Assembly (NCBI GenBank): GCA_965249725.1
Contig: CBDFMQ010000002.1
Coordinates: forward strand, 928,001-992,000
Direction: 5' to 3'
Origin: Longimicrobiales bacterium
Lineage (GTDB): Bacteria > Gemmatimonadota > Gemmatimonadetes > Longimicrobiales > Gaopeijiaceae
DNA: 64,000 nucleotides
Numbering within the stretch: position 1 is the first letter of the stretch; each line of letters starts with the position of its first letter. Shown piece by piece: positions 61,548 through 64,000 of this stretch. The notes under the pieces are model-generated. The model was not told the DNA's origin and searched no databases. It saw only the letters and a program-made list of their open reading frames with translations. The position numbers and the translations under genes were made by a program.

Positions 61548-62933
61548 CTAGCCGACGACCTCGTAGCTGTAGCCCATCACCGCACGCTCCGTGTCGATCA
61601 CGACCTGGAACTGCTGAGCCACATCCACCGGCGGCACCGGAACGGCAACTTCCTTAGATCCTAACTCGGTCCCACCGTCATCATAGAAGTGGAAGAGTAG
61701 CGTAACAGACCCTCCCTCTTCGAGCAGCTTGTTGGTCACGGTGCCCAAGACCCGGCCTCCGTCACCTCTCGGCTGAAGCTGGAGATCGTCCACCAGGAAG
61801 TCCATCGACTGCATTGCCGCGAGGATCGGCCCCACTTCATCGCTACGTCCCAACTGGGAGAGAGCTCTGAGGTGCATCTGATAGGCCAAGTAGTTGCGCC
61901 CGTCCATGTCCATCAGCTTCTGCGAGTAAGGGAGCTGGCCCTCATAGTTCTCCGTGAGAGCCATGGTCTGCACGAGGTTCTGAAGAGCGTCCCTGTACAT
62001 CGGCGCCCGCTCGAGCACCTTCTCGAACGCTAGGGTGGCCCGATCGTAGGCCTCGGCTCCGTAGAGCGTCACGCCGGCGTTGAAATAGTCGAGGGCGGAC
62101 GCATCGTTGCTCTCGAGGATCTCGTCGTAGATGCCCAGAGCATCCTCGGCCTGACCCGACTGCCCAAGGGCGATCGCCAGGCCGCTTCGCGCCCGGTCGT
62201 TGTCGGGATCCTGCTCGAGGATCTGCCGGTAGATCTCCACAGCCTCGTCTGCGCGATCGGACGAGCCTAGGATCTGAGCCAGGTTGGCCAGGGCCATGGG
62301 CCGGAAGTCGTCCATCCAGTTCTGACGAGTAACTTCGTCTCTCGGCCTCGAGTCGGGAGAGTCGATCACGGCGATCGCAGCCTGCCAGGCATCGATGCTC
62401 GCATCGGGCTGGCCCGAGTTCGCATAGGTGGCCCCGAGATTGAGATAGGCCTCCGGGCGCCTGTCGAACATCACGTTGGCGAGCCCGAACTGCTCTAGAG
62501 CGCCGTCGGTGTCTCCCGCGTCGAGTGCCGCGATGCCTTCGTTGTAGAGGTCGATCCAACCGTTCTCTCGGAAGACCCCGGTCCCGCCTTCACCGTCGAA
62601 ATAGTCGGGATAGAGGGCCTCGGCCTGGTCGAACGCACTGTCGGCCGCCATGTACTCTCTCAGCCCTAGTCTTGTGACACCGAGATGCAGATATCCGGTG
62701 GGATTCTCGGGGTCCCTCTGGATAGCCTCGTATACGTCCTCGAGGGCGTCTCTGTAGCTTTCGTCCGCCAGTAGCTGGTCCTCGAGCCCCTGAGCCTGCT
62801 GCAGCTTGATGGCGACCAATGCGTTCCGGCTTTCCATGCGAGGCTCGTTCGCCGCGGGTTCTTGAGCCGAGGCCGAGGTCGGCGCCAGGAGGGCCGTGAT
62901 CGCAACTAGGGATAATGCCGCACGGAGGTACAT
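61548..62933 (-). CDS. Secreted tetratricopeptide repeat protein
   Basis: AGGAG RBS; signal peptide; multiple TPR-like helical repeats. Confidence 0.85.
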   Translation of the reverse strand: MYLRAALSLVAITALLAPTSASAQEPAANEPRMESRNALVAIKLQQAQGLEDQLLADESYRDALEDVYEAIQRDPENPTGYLHLGVTRLGLREYMAADSAFDQAEALYPDYFDGEGGTGVFRENGWIDLYNEGIAALDAGDTDGALEQFGLANVMFDRRPEAYLNLGATYANSGQPDASIDAWQAAIAVIDSPDSRPRDEVTRQNWMDDFRPMALANLAQILGSSDRADEAVEIYRQILEQDPDNDRARSGLAIALGQSGQAEDALGIYDEILESNDASALDYFNAGVTLYGAEAYDRATLAFEKVLERAPMYRDALQNLVQTMALTENYEGQLPYSQKLMDMDGRNYLAYQMHLRALSQLGRSDEVGPILAAMQSMDFLVDDLQLQPRGDGGRVLGTVTNKLLEEGGSVTLLFHFYDDGGTELGSKEVAVPVPPVDVAQQFQVVIDTERAVMGYSYEVVG

Positions 62934-63067
62934 CCGATGTCTCCTGATAGAACGAATCGTGTATAGACCGCGTAATTTAGAACTGCCGCGAAAAAGCGGC
63001 AATCCGCCCCGCCAATTTCCATGAGTTATACTGCAGGATTCCCTGTGTGTTTCACGCGAGAACTCTC

Positions 63068-64000
63068 TCATTGCCCCAGGTACGTGAGCACGCGCGTCGC
63101 AAGAGTGTCGCTGAACCCCGGGAGTCGGGCGATTTCGTCGGCGCTTGCCGACTTGACTCCTTTGACGGAGCCGAACCGGGTCAGGAGCAGCTTTTTCCTC
63201 TCCGGGCCGATGCCGGGAATCCGTGAGAGATCGCTCCGGACGGTTCTCTTCCGGCGAAGCTTGCGATTGTACGTCACCGCGAACCGGTGGGCTTCATCTC
63301 GGATCCGCTGAAGCACATGCAACGCCTTGTCCCGCCGCCCGAGTCGGAAAGGCTCGCTTCGCCCCGGCCGATAGACGAGTTCTTCCTTCTTGGCGAGCGA
63401 GGCCAGAGCGACATCGGTCACCCCCAGCTCGGCCAGTGCGTGCTGCGCGGCCCCCAACTGCCCCTTCCCTCCGTCGATCAGGGCCAGGTCCGGAAGCGGT
63501 CGGCCCTCCTCCACCCGACGGCGGAAGTAGCGACTGACCACCTCCGCCATCGACCGATAATCGTCGTTTCCCCAGTCCCCCTTGATCCTCATGTGCCGGT
63601 ATTCGGCCTTCTTGGGCTCGGCATTCTCGAACACTGCGGCGCCCCCCACCGTCTCCGTGCCCTGCGTGTGGCTGATGTCGAAGCACACCATGAGGCGAGG
63701 CACGACCTTGAGATCGAGACGGTCGCGAAGGTCGTAGAGGACCTCGTCGGCCCGATCCTGCACCCGCTCCGTTGATGTGAGCCGATCTTCCAGGGCGTGG
63801 CGAGCGTTGTCACTCGCGAGCTCGGACAGGCGCTTCTTGGCTCCGCGCTGCGGGACGAGAAGCGTCACCTTCCGATCGGCCTCGTCCAGGAGGATCTCCT
63901 CCAGGAGCGCCATGTCGTCGAACTCGGACGGAATCAGGATCTCCTTGGGGAGCTGCTGGGCCCCCGTCGTGCCCCGACCGAGGTAGTAGCGAGACGCAAA
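63068..64000 (-). CDS. uvrC: Excinuclease ABC subunit C, 3' part (runs off the right edge)
   Basis: CFDISH.QG, PDL.LIDGGKGQL, LQRIRDEAHRFA, HhH IPGIG. Confidence 0.96.
   Translation of the reverse strand, partial: FASRYYLGRGTTGAQQLPKEILIPSEFDDMALLEEILLDEADRKVTLLVPQRGAKKRLSELASDNARHALEDRLTSTERVQDRADEVLYDLRDRLDLKVVPRLMVCFDISHTQGTETVGGAAVFENAEPKKAEYRHMRIKGDWGNDDYRSMAEVVSRYFRRRVEEGRPLPDLALIDGGKGQLGAAQHALAELGVTDVALASLAKKEELVYRPGRSEPFRLGRRDKALHVLQRIRDEAHRFAVTYNRKLRRKRTVRSDLSRIPGIGPERKKLLLTRFGSVKGVKSASADEIARLPGFSDTLATRVLTYLGQ

Overview
GC-rich bacterial chromosomal window. The gene content (expanded Ser/Thr kinase-beta-propeller genes, DUF512-der-plsY-gpsA-merR-surE-pcm operon) resembles Gemmatimonadota; this assignment is inference. 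1-14 kb: part of a quinohemoprotein amine dehydrogenase cluster (qhpG-qhpA-qhpD, running off the left edge) and exported or membrane enzymes. 14-47 kb: a large mosaic accessory region centred on tRNA-Arg(CCT). It contains (i) a ~14.5 kb island bounded by the tRNA and a displaced tRNA 3' fragment whose T-loop is split by an ~87 bp insert, (ii) integron-like attC sites with two toxin-antitoxin cassettes and no integrase in the window, and (iii) two intact Ser/Thr kinase genes. Orphan kinase 5' heads, 3' tails and three short intergenic repeat families repeatedly bracket unrelated small genes. This kinase-end/linker mosaic is the most unusual signal and may be a gene-capture or shuffling platform. 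47-64 kb: housekeeping genes, a frameshifted response regulator, tRNA-Gly(CCC), a TPR protein and the 3' part of uvrC. All calls come from reading the sequence and ORF track by eye; no database searches were run.
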